DNA of 59,579 nt, filler included. It is 5 parts of 5 records of this genome, joined end to end, with 100 filler letters (N's around TTAATTAATTAA, not from the genome) between each part and the next. Parts side by side here need not be neighbours in the genome. Positions count along the whole stretch, not along the records: positions 39,469 to 59,579 come from SRR31156797_17179; 4 more parts are not named here. One strand, written 5' to 3'. Shown here piece after piece: positions 48,101 through 59,001 of the stretch (the first letter of the stretch is position 1; the number at the start of each line of letters is the position of its first letter). The notes under the pieces were generated by a model, which worked only from the letters and a program-made list of their open reading frames with translations, ran no database searches and was not told where the DNA came from. The translations under genes were made by a program, and so were the position numbers.

Positions 48101-50977
48101 CTATTTTGTAAAAATATCTTCCCATTCTTTGATCTGAAGTTCTCCATATTGCTTTAATCCATCCATGCTTATGAGCTCAGCATCTCCTACCAATGCAATA
48201 ACAACAGCTTTATCTTTTATCTTATCTTCATAGAACTTCACAACATCCTCAAATTCAAGATTTTTATATGCCTCTACTTTTTGTGGAACAGGGTCTGAAT
48301 CATACCCCATATGACTCCAATATCTATCTTTCCAAGGGATACTTCTAAATCCACCTCGTTTCGTAATTGCAGAATTCACAAGATAATCCTTTATCATTTC
48401 CATTCGCTCTGGTTTTTCAGGCATATTGCGTATCAAACCATTAAATATTTCTAATGCATCTAAAGTTTTATCGCATTGTGTCCCCACATAACCCATAAAG
48501 ATTGAATTATGATCTTTATGCTCCGGTAATTGAAATCTTGCACCTGCAGAATAAGCCATGCTTCTGTATTCGCGAATTTCTTGCAATACAAGACCAGAAA
48601 ATCCTCCGCCAAAATACATATTAAATGCTTCAGCCAGTGGTCTTTCCTCTGGAGACACCTTATCCTGATTTATAAATAGGAACAATTTGCTTTGTTTTGA
48701 ACGCTCATTGTTAACAAAATAGACCTGATTCTTTTCAAACTTACTGTATTCAGGTCCTTTAAATCCCATTCCATCCAATTTTACATTAGTAAGGAACATA
48801 CAGTTTTGTTTTAATTGCTCTGCTACTTCATCAACTGAATTTTGACCAACATAAAAGATATCTGATTTATATTGTAGCGCATCTTTAAAAATTGAAACCA
48901 GTTCTTCTGACTTCAATTTTTTTATTTCTTTTAATGGAAGTCTATTAAGGAATTCTGATTTCTCACCGAAAAGCAAGAAATTGTATAATCCGGAAGCAAT
49001 CATATCAGGCTCAGTTTTCTCAACCTTTCTATTCATTAATTCCTCTTTGTGCATTTGCTTTATGCGATCTTTCGAAATAACAGGATCTTCAAGCAATGTG
49101 TTTATAAGCTCATATGCTTCAGGTAATTTATCTTCTGGTCCTTTAATTTTTAAGCCAGTAACATCAGTTGCACTATAAAAATAATAAGAACAATTAGTTT
49201 GCCCCATAGCTTCTTTGAATTCCTGAAGCGACATATCTCTTGGGTGTGCGTTATTCATCCCATTTATAGCATACATTAGCATCATATCATGCTTTTTCCC
49301 TTTATTGAACTGCATATTGATTTCAGCAATATCATTTAAAGGATTATCACCTCTGCGCAAGCTAACTTTTGGAAATACTTCTATTTTTTGAACTTTTGCT
49401 GAAAGATCAATTGGCTTAATTTGATATGGTGTTGATTCTATTTTCTCAAATTTTTCACGATAAGGGGATTTAGCATTTGTATTTGATACAACAGGCTCAT
49501 AACCGGGCTTCTCAAGTTTTTCCTTTTTAGGGAAACCAATTTTTGAATACATTACTAATCGATTGTCAGTAAAGTATTTATTGGCCATATCAACAATATC
49601 TTGTTTGCTTAATGCTTTAATTTCTGCTGGTCGCTCATAAACACTTAACGGATCTTTTCCCTGACTAAATGTATAAGCTAAATTGATCGCTTGATTTTCA
49701 ACAGACTCAAGTTCAAGTTGGTATGTTTTGTACATCTCAGCTTTGATATTCTTGACCAAATCATCTGAAAATTCACCTTTTTTCAAAAGATCAATTTTCT
49801 CCATTAGTTTCTTTTCAGCTTTCTTTAAACTTTTAAAAATCCCAGGAACAAATATGACAACTGTTTCTCCATAGTCCTGATAAGGAATATTGAAAGCAGT
49901 GGTCATTAGCATTTCATTATTCACCATTAATTGATCAAGCAAACCTGTTTGCATATTATTGGTCAGCACTTTATTAGTCATTTCCCATGCTAATTCATCA
50001 TCGCTTCCTGCGGCAGGTGCTCTAAAACCAATTGCTCCTAATGGAATTGGAGACATTCTGACTTTAAAAAATTCTCTTCCATCAAAAGGCTCTTCCTGAT
50101 ATGTTTTGTGCTCAGGAACTTCTCCCTTTTCCCATTTACTGAATTTTGATTCAATCATGGGTTTCACTTCGTTAGCATTAAAATCACCAACAATTATTAG
50201 TGCCATATTACCTGGACGATACCAGTCCTGGAAAAATTTATACATCTTTGTTAATGATGGATTTTTCAAATCCTCTGCTGTTCCAATGATAGAACGCTGA
50301 CCATAAGGATGATTCTTGAAAAAGCGCTTGTTGAAAGCTTCAAAAAGTCCTGTAAAAAACTGATCATCGTACATATTCTTTTCTTCATACACAGTTTCTA
50401 ACTCAGATTGAAATGATCTAAATACAGGATTATAAAAACGCTCAGCATATAAATCGAGCCATTTTTCCATTTGGTTTGGTGGAAATTGATTATAATAAAC
50501 AGTTTGGTCAGGTCCGGTACCTGCATTCAAACCTGTTCCCCCCATAGCATTGATTAGGAAACTTGTTTCATTTAAAATGGCATATTTACCAGCTTCAATT
50601 GATTCTTTATTAATCTCTTTTTGGATTGCTTTTCTTGCTGAATCATTCTTTGTTTGACCAAGCTGATCATATAACTTAAAAATTCGATCAATATGTGGTT
50701 TCTCTTTTTCCCAATCAGTTGTACCTAAGGTTTGAGTACCTTTAAAAAGCATGTGCTCCTGATAATGGGCCATACCTGTAGCATCTTCCGGATCATCTTT
50801 TGCACCTGCCCTGGTAATTAAACCGCCAAACACTTTGGGCTCATTATGATCTTCTTTAAGAATTACAGTTAAGCCATTTTCAAGTTGATAAGTAATAATT
50901 TTGGGTTTCTCTTCAGCTTTAAGCACTGCAATGGGTAATATGAACAGGCAAAAAGCCACAATGATAAGTTTTTTCAT
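48101..50977 (-). CDS. M16 family zinc peptidase (insulinase/PqqL-like), secreted
   Basis: Signal peptide; LENGL; inverted zinc motif HYQEH; EIREYRSMAYS in C-terminal half. Confidence 0.93.
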   Translation of the reverse strand: MKKLIIVAFCLFILPIAVLKAEEKPKIITYQLENGLTVILKEDHNEPKVFGGLITRAGAKDDPEDATGMAHYQEHMLFKGTQTLGTTDWEKEKPHIDRIFKLYDQLGQTKNDSARKAIQKEINKESIEAGKYAILNETSFLINAMGGTGLNAGTGPDQTVYYNQFPPNQMEKWLDLYAERFYNPVFRSFQSELETVYEEKNMYDDQFFTGLFEAFNKRFFKNHPYGQRSIIGTAEDLKNPSLTKMYKFFQDWYRPGNMALIIVGDFNANEVKPMIESKFSKWEKGEVPEHKTYQEEPFDGREFFKVRMSPIPLGAIGFRAPAAGSDDELAWEMTNKVLTNNMQTGLLDQLMVNNEMLMTTAFNIPYQDYGETVVIFVPGIFKSLKKAEKKLMEKIDLLKKGEFSDDLVKNIKAEMYKTYQLELESVENQAINLAYTFSQGKDPLSVYERPAEIKALSKQDIVDMANKYFTDNRLVMYSKIGFPKKEKLEKPGYEPVVSNTNAKSPYREKFEKIESTPYQIKPIDLSAKVQKIEVFPKVSLRRGDNPLNDIAEINMQFNKGKKHDMMLMYAINGMNNAHPRDMSLQEFKEAMGQTNCSYYFYSATDVTGLKIKGPEDKLPEAYELINTLLEDPVISKDRIKQMHKEELMNRKVEKTEPDMIASGLYNFLLFGEKSEFLNRLPLKEIKKLKSEELVSIFKDALQYKSDIFYVGQNSVDEVAEQLKQNCMFLTNVKLDGMGFKGPEYSKFEKNQVYFVNNERSKQSKLFLFINQDKVSPEERPLAEAFNMYFGGGFSGLVLQEIREYRSMAYSAGARFQLPEHKDHNSIFMGYVGTQCDKTLDALEIFNGLIRNMPEKPERMEMIKDYLVNSAITKRGGFRSIPWKDRYWSHMGYDSDPVPQKVEAYKNLEFEDVVKFYEDKIKDKAVVIALVGDAELISMDGLKQYGELQIKEWEDIFTK

Positions 50978-51017
50978 GTGTAAATAGTTATGGTTTCTAA
51001 ATTTTCATATGAGATAG

Positions 51018-51043
51018 GACGTTCATGTAACGTGAGAGTTACA
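51018..51043 (-). promoter_or_regulatory. Candidate ECF sigma promoter for the M16 peptidase
   Basis: Minus strand TGTAAC-16nt-CGTC. Confidence 0.55.
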
Positions 51044-51097
51044 CCTTAACGTATAATATTTTTATAAACAGGAAATAACAGATTGAAATAGTAGATC

Positions 51098-53476
51098 TTA
51101 TGCTTTATCTGATTTTAATTTTTCGATTTCTTCTTTAAGCTGTTGTATGGTTTCTTCTTTTTCTTTGACTTTGGTAAAGTCATATCCAATACCCACAATC
51201 TTATGAATTTTCCCATCAGCATCTGAAACAGGAATATAAGCTTCATCAATATATTTCACTTTTCCAGCTAATGTTAATTCAGATACACGCTTTATGGACT
51301 TACCTTTTTTCAGATCTGACCACATTTTTGAGTAGGCGCTGCTTCCAGTAAGGTTATCTAATCCAAGGCTTTTATGAAATTTACCAATCATGTTTTTAGG
51401 TTGAATACCTAATAAATCCACACATTTGCTATTCACATTAAGAACTTTTCCTTCAAGATCAAATTCGGTGATTAATACTGAGGAACCCAATGCTTCTATC
51501 AATGCGTTCATTTCAGACTCTCTCCTTGCGGCTTCTTCCTGGGTTGCTTCTAATTCTTCCAGATTCTGACGCATTTCCTCCTCTTGTGCAGAAAGCTCCT
51601 CACGTTGGTGTTGTGAGTCTTTCAATAATCTACTGGTCCGTTCTGTAACTTTCACACTTGAAACAGTCGAAGCAATACTTTCACCAATTTTTTCAACAAA
51701 TTTGATTTGATATTCTTCAAATTCATTAAATGAAACAAGTTCTAATGCTCCAAATACCTCATCGTTCAAGATAAGAGGTACAATAAGAACTGACCGTGGA
51801 TTAGATTTACCCAATCCGGAAGTAATTTTCACATAATCTTCAGGAACATCAGTCATGTAGATTGTTAGCTTCTCATGAACCACTCTTCCAATTAAACCAT
51901 CCCCAGGCAATATCTCATCTGTCATTAATTTTTTGCGGTCATAGGCAATTGCTGATTGCAATTCATATTTTTCAACTTCATCATCGTCGCTACGCACATA
52001 AATACAGCCCTGGTTTGCATTTGTATAATCCACAAGGTTTTTCATTATATAGAAAGATAGCTCCTTGAGATTGTCATTATTTTTTCTGAGTATATCACCA
52101 AATTTAGCTAAACCTTCAGTAGTCCAGTTTTGCCTTATTTCTTCAGTTTTACGTTTTTCTTCCTCTTGCTTGGCTTTCTTGAGGCTATCCTGCATTTCAA
52201 GTAATGCATTTCCTAATGTATCATTCTCTGATAAAAGATTATACTTCGTATCTAATTCACCTTCTCCAATTTTGCGAGCAAAATCAGCCGTATTATGTAA
52301 CCCATCCATTAATGTATTCAAAGAATCAGACATATCCTGAAGCTCATCTTTTGTTTGAACACTTAATTTAGACACTGTCTCCAAATCACCTTTAGCCAAT
52401 TTTTGAAGTACACGAGTGGTAGATTTAATTGGTCGAGTAATGTATCTTGAGATTATCCAGACAATAATTAATAATATGATAAGTCCAGCCACTCCCACAA
52501 TAAGTGTAAAGAAAAGGTCTCGGCGGGCTTGCTCCATAATATTGTTCAAAGGTACTTTCATCATCATAGACCATGGCTGCTTAGATTTTCCGATTATGAT
52601 TGGAGCAAATGTATAATAGTAAAGTTCATCTTCCTGAAATTCAAATGAAATCATATCACCTTCTTTAACAACCTCTTTAATATTTAATGTGTCTTTTAAG
52701 TTTGCAAAAGCTTCTTCAATAGGTTGACCTAAGAGTTCTTCGTTTGGGTGTGTTACAAATGTGCTATTATTAGCCAATAAAAAAAGCTTACTTCCTTTTA
52801 TAGGTTCAATCTGGTTAACAATTTCCTGATAGCTTTCCAAACTAATATCAAATCCTGCTAATCCGATAAATTCACCATCTTCCAAAATTGGAATACATAA
52901 ACTGGTTTCAAGAATTTCAACATCATTTGAATAACTAAAAGTATATGGATTCAGTACCGTTTCTTCTTTTGACACTTTCATTTTATAGTAAGCCCCCTCT
53001 TTATTATCCCCCTCTGAATCAAGAACTTCCTGCCTCCACCTCAACTCACCTTTTTCTTTATAAAAAGTAAATCGGCCTCTACCGTATGCCAAATCCCATG
53101 CTGAATCAAAGGTTCTTCTTTCCCAGATAGTCCAAACAGCCAAAAATTCATCATTTCTTTGAGCAATTTGTTCCATCATATTTTTATTCACAGCCATCCT
53201 TTGTTTTACAGGAAGCTTTTGAAACCCATACAACGAATGCCCGAATGAACGAGCCATACCCATATCAGCATTCAACTTATCCTGAATAAAACTGGCATAT
53301 CCCTGGGCATAAGACTTTGAAAGCTCCTTTGCATTATCAAGAGCAAGTTTTTCACTTTTAATGGTAATATAGGATAGCATAGCCGCCAGTATCAATAAGA
53401 AAGAGGTAAATATATAGAACAACATCTTCTGTCTTAAACTGCGGCGTATTTTAAACATGTCGGTTAGCATGGACAT
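51098..53476 (-). CDS. Membrane sensor: TM-dCache-TM-HAMP-GAF-coiled coil-PAS, no output domain
   Basis: Cache motifs (VLNPY, FIGLAGFD, FVTHP), ITRPI..DE HAMP, GDGLIGR...LIVPL...GALEL GAF, QEEEMRQNLEEL coil, terminal PAS/PAC. Confidence 0.85.
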   Translation of the reverse strand: MSMLTDMFKIRRSLRQKMLFYIFTSFLLILAAMLSYITIKSEKLALDNAKELSKSYAQGYASFIQDKLNADMGMARSFGHSLYGFQKLPVKQRMAVNKNMMEQIAQRNDEFLAVWTIWERRTFDSAWDLAYGRGRFTFYKEKGELRWRQEVLDSEGDNKEGAYYKMKVSKEETVLNPYTFSYSNDVEILETSLCIPILEDGEFIGLAGFDISLESYQEIVNQIEPIKGSKLFLLANNSTFVTHPNEELLGQPIEEAFANLKDTLNIKEVVKEGDMISFEFQEDELYYYTFAPIIIGKSKQPWSMMMKVPLNNIMEQARRDLFFTLIVGVAGLIILLIIVWIISRYITRPIKSTTRVLQKLAKGDLETVSKLSVQTKDELQDMSDSLNTLMDGLHNTADFARKIGEGELDTKYNLLSENDTLGNALLEMQDSLKKAKQEEEKRKTEEIRQNWTTEGLAKFGDILRKNNDNLKELSFYIMKNLVDYTNANQGCIYVRSDDDEVEKYELQSAIAYDRKKLMTDEILPGDGLIGRVVHEKLTIYMTDVPEDYVKITSGLGKSNPRSVLIVPLILNDEVFGALELVSFNEFEEYQIKFVEKIGESIASTVSSVKVTERTSRLLKDSQHQREELSAQEEEMRQNLEELEATQEEAARRESEMNALIEALGSSVLITEFDLEGKVLNVNSKCVDLLGIQPKNMIGKFHKSLGLDNLTGSSAYSKMWSDLKKGKSIKRVSELTLAGKVKYIDEAYIPVSDADGKIHKIVGIGYDFTKVKEKEETIQQLKEEIEKLKSDKA

Positions 53477-53586
53477 CTATATTTTAAAACTAATAAACCT
53501 TAAATTTAAATATTTTTTTAAGCCGTGGGAAATTTACTCTAGTTTTTATTCAAATACACAAACTCCTGTATGACGATAATTTGGAT

Positions 53587-53630
53587 AAAAAAAGAAACCC
53601 ACACCTGCAAATTAATGTAAGTATGGGTTT
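53587..53630 (-). terminator. Intrinsic terminator after ribBA
   Basis: Minus strand AAACCCATACTTACA...TGCAGGTGTGGGTTT followed by CTTTTTTT. Confidence 0.65.
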
Positions 53631-53649
53631 TATATCATTTTAGGCATCT

Positions 53650-54894
53650 TTACTTTTTCAAGTCGTAACGGAAAAATGAAAAATGATGATGCATTTTATC
53701 TCTTTTTGTTTTTAAGTAGAACATATTATGCTCATTTGGTTCTATTTCAATCTGTACATTCTCAACTATTTCGATTCCATACCCTTCCAAACCAACACGT
53801 TTAATTGGGTTATTTGTGAGTAATCGTAGTTTACGCACGCCTAACTCACGTAGGATTTGTGCACCAATTCCATAATCACGTTCATCAGCACTAAAACCTA
53901 GCTTTTCATTAGCTTCAACTGTATCGTACCCCTCTTCTTGTAACTTGTAAGCTTTTATCTTATTCATCAAGCCGATACCTCGACCTTCCTGGTTCAGATA
54001 AACAATAACACCTTCACCCTCTTTCTCTACAGCTTCCATTGCAGCATGAAGTTGTTCACCACAATCACATCTTTTTGAAGCAAAAATATCACCTGTAACA
54101 CAAGAACTATGAACGCGACCTAGTATAGCTTTATTCGGGTCAATTTTTCCTTTGATTAAGGCCACGTGCTCTACTCCATTTGTTTTTTGTAAAAATGGAA
54201 TTAATCTGAAATGACCAAACTCTGTGGGCATATCCACTTCAACTCCCTGAATTACACTACTTTCTAATTGAAGTTTATATGCTATAAGGTCCTTAATAGA
54301 AATTATCTTAAGGTCAAACTTCTTAGCTATTTCCATTAACTGAGGTAAGCGGGCCATGGTACCATCTTCATTCAAAATTTCAACCAGTGCGCCTCCGGGT
54401 TGCAGTCCAGCCAGCCTGGCTAAATCAACCACTGCTTCAGTATGACCTGCTCTGCGAATTACTCCTTTTTCCTTTGCTTTTAATGGAAAAATATGTCCGG
54501 GTCGCCCTAAATCTTCTGGTTTAGTATCTTTATCAACAAGTGCTTTAATTGTTTTAGCTCTATCAGAAGCTGAAATTCCAGTAGTACAGCCATGTCCTAA
54601 TAAATCAACTGAGACCGTAAAGGGTGTTTCATGTGTAGCAGTATTTTTTCCAACCATTAATTCAAGATCCAACTCTTCACATCGCTGCTCTGTAAGTGGA
54701 GCACAAATTAATCCTCTACCATGCTTGGCCATGAAATTGACTTTCTCAGGGGTAATTAGCTCTGCTGCTGTTACAAAATCTCCTTCATTTTCACGATCCT
54801 CATCATCAACAACAATAATAATTTTTCCTTCTTTGATGTCCTGAATTGCTTCAGGGATAGTATTTAATTGATACTTATCGTTTTGATCACTCAT
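53650..54894 (-). CDS. ribBA: Bifunctional DHBP synthase / GTP cyclohydrolase II
   Basis: [27 protein letters not shown]...[17 protein letters not shown]. Confidence 0.97.
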   Translation of the reverse strand: MSDQNDKYQLNTIPEAIQDIKEGKIIIVVDDEDRENEGDFVTAAELITPEKVNFMAKHGRGLICAPLTEQRCEELDLELMVGKNTATHETPFTVSVDLLGHGCTTGISASDRAKTIKALVDKDTKPEDLGRPGHIFPLKAKEKGVIRRAGHTEAVVDLARLAGLQPGGALVEILNEDGTMARLPQLMEIAKKFDLKIISIKDLIAYKLQLESSVIQGVEVDMPTEFGHFRLIPFLQKTNGVEHVALIKGKIDPNKAILGRVHSSCVTGDIFASKRCDCGEQLHAAMEAVEKEGEGVIVYLNQEGRGIGLMNKIKAYKLQEEGYDTVEANEKLGFSADERDYGIGAQILRELGVRKLRLLTNNPIKRVGLEGYGIEIVENVQIEIEPNEHNMFYLKTKRDKMHHHFSFFRYDLKK

Positions 54895-54924
54895 AATTTA
54901 GAATTTGCCACAAAATTAATAATT

Positions 54925-56094
54925 TTAACGAGCTCTCCTCGCTCTTTCCCAGTTAACTGATTGACTCTTTTTCCAATATCTTCCCAAACCTCTCAACTGC
55001 GCAATATTCGTGCTAATAAAATAGTACGGTAGGTAAATAAAATTAATACTGAGCTTGCTGTTTTCGAGAACCCATCCCAGTAATGCAACCAAATAGATAA
55101 ATACTTGTGCAATTCCAAGATATAAATAAAGATTAAGCTCTGGATATAAGCAAATTACAACCATATTAACGGGTATTAAAAATAAGAGCGCCAGGGGACA
55201 TATTAACCACCTAAATAATTTGTGCGATATAAACTGAAAAGATAATCGACTTTTATTAAAAGGGTTTAATATGGATTTTAATCTACCCAATGACTGAAAA
55301 CCACCTGCTGCAATTCTAATTTTACGTTTCATCTCTTCAGATACACTAAATGATGGATATTCCTGAGCAATGGCTTTCGGCTCATATGCAACCACATAAC
55401 CCTGGGCTGCAATTCTTAGAGAAATAATAAAATCATCCAAAACTGTATCTGATTCAACGGGTTGGTATAGTTCTTTTCTAACAGCAAATAATTCACCAGC
55501 TGCACCAAGAGTCGTATTAAACTTATAATCTAATCTTTTTAACCAGGATTCATATCTCCAGTAAAATCCTTCACCTGCTCCGGCTGCAGACTTTTCATCC
55601 TTAATAATTTGTTTCTCACCAGCTACACATCCTACCTTATCATCCTGAAAATGTTTAGCAATTTGAAGCAAGGTATCATTTGTAAGAAAAGTATTAGCAT
55701 CACAAAACACAATGATATCACTATTAACACTTTGAGCTGCACGATTCATAGCATGTATTTTGCCTTTCCTTTCCGGGCTATGCATTAGGATGACATTCTC
55801 ATAAGCAGCAACTTTATCAGGTGTTCCATCATCTGACCCATCTGTTACCCACAAAAACGTTAGCTTTTCTCTAGGATACTTTAATTGAAAACTGTTTTCG
55901 ATCTTTGATTCAACAACTGATTCCTCATTATATGCTGTAACTAAAAGTGTAATTGTAGGGAGATCCTTGTCTTCAGGAATTTTATATTGTTTTCTATTTT
56001 TACCTATAACATAACCAAACAAACCAACTAATAGCGGATATATTAAATAGCTATAAAACAACAGAAATATGAGAATCCAAAATAGATATATCAT
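54925..56094 (-). CDS. Glycosyltransferase family 2 (membrane, IcaA/CESA-like)
   Basis: TAYNEE, DGSDD, FCDAN, LDD, RKIRI; flanking TM helices. Confidence 0.9.
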   Translation of the reverse strand: MIYLFWILIFLLFYSYLIYPLLVGLFGYVIGKNRKQYKIPEDKDLPTITLLVTAYNEESVVESKIENSFQLKYPREKLTFLWVTDGSDDGTPDKVAAYENVILMHSPERKGKIHAMNRAAQSVNSDIIVFCDANTFLTNDTLLQIAKHFQDDKVGCVAGEKQIIKDEKSAAGAGEGFYWRYESWLKRLDYKFNTTLGAAGELFAVRKELYQPVESDTVLDDFIISLRIAAQGYVVAYEPKAIAQEYPSFSVSEEMKRKIRIAAGGFQSLGRLKSILNPFNKSRLSFQFISHKLFRWLICPLALLFLIPVNMVVICLYPELNLYLYLGIAQVFIYLVALLGWVLENSKLSINFIYLPYYFISTNIAQLRGLGRYWKKSQSVNWERARRAR

Positions 56095-57308
56095 TATGAA
56101 GTTTTATTTATAACGGATTGATAAAAACGAATTAATTTTTCAGCAATATGTTGATTATCATAGCTTTTCCGAATAAATTCATTGGCTTCCCTTGAAACTG
56201 ATTTTACCAGTTCATTATTTGATAAAACTTTGACTATAGTATTGGCCATAATTTCCGGACTATCATCGATAAATATACTTTTACCGTTTTCTGCATTAAT
56301 ACCCTCAGCGCCAATAGTGGTAGTAAAAACAACCCTTCCAACAGCCATTCCCTCAATAATTTTAACTCTCATCCCACTTCCTGAAAGCAAAGGCACAATC
56401 ATAAAAGAGAAGCTTGAAAGATATACCATTGCATCATCAACTTCACCATGAAATATTACATTCTGTTTTTTTAGGTCTAATGCATAATTTTTGGGAGCAT
56501 TACGTCCGGCTATATTGAATTTTGCATCAGGTCTTTGCTTTAAAACTAAAGGCCACACTTTATTTAAGAACCACTGAATACCTTCTTGATTTGGTGTCCA
56601 ATCCAACGAGCCGATAAAAGCTAATTCAGGTATAATTTTATCTGGAACTATATAATTATAATTTTCAATATCAATACCAACAGGTGCAACACATTTAGGA
56701 GCGCTATTTCCTAGAAATTCAAATACATGGCCATCTCTTTCCGTTATAGGCACCAATAAATCAAACTTATTTAATGCATTTACTTCAAAATTCTTCATCC
56801 TCCTTGAAAGTATTCTCAAATACCATTTTTTGGGGCCTGCATTTTGGTTTTTAACGGTGCGTTTCCAAATTTCGTGCTCAATATTATGCGCTCTGAAAGC
56901 AATTTTCCCCTTAAAATATTTGCGAATTATCGGTATGTAGGGATAAAGATAAAGTCCTTCTAATTGTACAATATCAAACTCATTTTGGCTGAGTAACTCT
57001 ATTAGTTTTGCCTTATAAGTTTGTGAAATAAAACGTTTTGCATTGTATGGTAATCTTGAAAAGATGAGATTTATAAGTAATTCAGGAGGTTTTATTTTCG
57101 TATCAACTTCCACAGTATGAAAACGGATTAGCTTTTGAAGCTCTTCTGGAATTTTATCTACATCATAATTATGCTTATAGGTATTCATGGCTAGCATAGT
57201 AACCTCATTGCCAAGCTTAGCAATTGCTTTTGCCATACTTAAGGTAGCAATAGTTCCACCATCATTCGGAGGGTAAGGCATTTTATGAGCCAGCAGAAGT
57301 ATACGCAT
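56094..57308 (-). CDS. Glycosyltransferase family 4
   Basis: PYPPNDGG, HNIEH, GSLDWTPN, PLLSGSGMRVKIIEGMA. Confidence 0.9.
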   Translation of the reverse strand: MRILLLAHKMPYPPNDGGTIATLSMAKAIAKLGNEVTMLAMNTYKHNYDVDKIPEELQKLIRFHTVEVDTKIKPPELLINLIFSRLPYNAKRFISQTYKAKLIELLSQNEFDIVQLEGLYLYPYIPIIRKYFKGKIAFRAHNIEHEIWKRTVKNQNAGPKKWYLRILSRRMKNFEVNALNKFDLLVPITERDGHVFEFLGNSAPKCVAPVGIDIENYNYIVPDKIIPELAFIGSLDWTPNQEGIQWFLNKVWPLVLKQRPDAKFNIAGRNAPKNYALDLKKQNVIFHGEVDDAMVYLSSFSFMIVPLLSGSGMRVKIIEGMAVGRVVFTTTIGAEGINAENGKSIFIDDSPEIMANTIVKVLSNNELVKSVSREANEFIRKSYDNQHIAEKLIRFYQSVINKTS

Positions 57309-57311
57309 TTG

Positions 57312-58796
57312 TTAATCTGTTTTTTTGCTTTCCTGCATTCTTCTGTATCTTTTAAGAACTATGTATCTGTTCAAAGTCTTTCTAAATGGAGCAATAAATC
57401 GATCTATATCAAAAGCCACCTTATCTAATGATGCTTTCCTGGTCAAATAAATACCTACAGGAATAAATACTAAAGTTGACAACCACATTCCAAACCATGG
57501 ATCTCCCACTCCTTCTTTCCCTGATTTCTCACCAGTAATTGAAATAATATAATACAAAATAAATAGCAAAATGCTAATTACAGTTGGCAATCCCATACCA
57601 CCTTTTCTAATAATAGCACCAAGTGGAGCTCCGACAAAAAACAATAACAAACAAGCTACAGAAAGCGTAAATTTGCGATGCCATGCAATTTTGTGCTTAT
57701 TCAACCATGTTTGCTTATTCCCCATTGTAACATTTGCCCCATTTACCGCCGTTTGAGCGGATCTCGCATAACTAAGAGCTGAAGATAAAACTACAGATTG
57801 TGTTCGTTGAGATAAGGAATTGAATAATGAATCAGGATCCTTGGCTTTTACTGAAGCAAATTTTTCTCTAAAAACAGAATCTTGATTTTCTTGAAACTTT
57901 TTAAAATAATTTCTGGTTAGAATATTATCATTAAACTTTAACCTGCGTCTATTATTATTTTCTTTAAGCGAATCGATTGTGTACCTTAACTGATCTACAC
58001 TCAACATTTGGTAATGATTTTTAAACAAATCTTCATCAGAACGTTTCATATCTAATCCTGAAAGATCAAATACAATTGTTTCTTTATCGAAAATATACCT
58101 CTCCATCGGATAATTATGAGCCCTTGCTCCTCTTTGTGGTTTTTTTTCATCGTAAGAAGTACCATCAAAAAGAGTTAGTATCAAATAATCTCTATTTTCA
58201 GTAAATACAATTGTTCCGGAGTCAGCCTGCGTTACATTATGATTACCACGTTTTTCCCTATGATCATAAATAAGAATGTCATACATCATCTTAGAATCAG
58301 GACTTTTCTCCTTAACTCTAATTGAAAATCCGTTAATCCCATTATAAAAGGCACCCTCGGGAATCATAACCTCGGCCGGTTGCTTTTTAATATCATGCAA
58401 TAATGATCTCCTTTTGAGGTTTGCGACAGGTAATACATAATTTGCAAATAGAAAAGCTACAATTGTAGTTAATATGGCAAAATACATCAATGGTCTCATT
58501 ATACGATTTAAACTGATACCGGCAGCTTTCATTGCTACCAACTCATTATGCTCTCCCAAATTACCAAAAGTCATCAGTGATGAAAGCAAAATAGCCAGAG
58601 GTAAAGCCATAGGAACCATTGACGCACTTGCTAAACCAAGTATTTGCGCGATAATATCAAATGAAAGTCCTTTACCTACCAAATCATCAATATATCGCCA
58701 TAAGAACTGCATTAACAGAACGAATAGAGCCACAAAAAAAGTAGCTAAGAATGGACCAATAAAAGATTTTATGACAAATAGGTTAAGTTTTTTCAC
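57312..58796 (-). CDS. LptF/LptG family LPS export permease
   Basis: GPFLATFF...DDLVGKGL, GEHNELVAMKAAGISL, GAPLGAIIRKGG; GTG start. Confidence 0.92.
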   Translation of the reverse strand: MKKLNLFVIKSFIGPFLATFFVALFVLLMQFLWRYIDDLVGKGLSFDIIAQILGLASASMVPMALPLAILLSSLMTFGNLGEHNELVAMKAAGISLNRIMRPLMYFAILTTIVAFLFANYVLPVANLKRRSLLHDIKKQPAEVMIPEGAFYNGINGFSIRVKEKSPDSKMMYDILIYDHREKRGNHNVTQADSGTIVFTENRDYLILTLFDGTSYDEKKPQRGARAHNYPMERYIFDKETIVFDLSGLDMKRSDEDLFKNHYQMLSVDQLRYTIDSLKENNNRRRLKFNDNILTRNYFKKFQENQDSVFREKFASVKAKDPDSLFNSLSQRTQSVVLSSALSYARSAQTAVNGANVTMGNKQTWLNKHKIAWHRKFTLSVACLLLFFVGAPLGAIIRKGGMGLPTVISILLFILYYIISITGEKSGKEGVGDPWFGMWLSTLVFIPVGIYLTRKASLDKVAFDIDRFIAPFRKTLNRYIVLKRYRRMQESKKTD

Positions 58797-59001
58797 CCTT
58801 AAGATTATTTTAGGCCAACAAAATTAGCACTTTTTACTTATGGATAAAACTTCTTTAGGTGGATTATCAGATAATAATATAGAATATTCATAAAAGACTG
58901 AAAAATCCGAATGAAGATTAATATATCCCAATAAATGAAATTAAACTTAGAAAATGAGTTAGCTTTTGGTGGTTAGCCTTTAAATGGCAAAACACAAATT
59001 A

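Noticed and set aside
34166-54894. Riboflavin regulon linking FMN riboswitch/ribU with ribBA
   Set aside because: The two loci are on different contigs from different phyla
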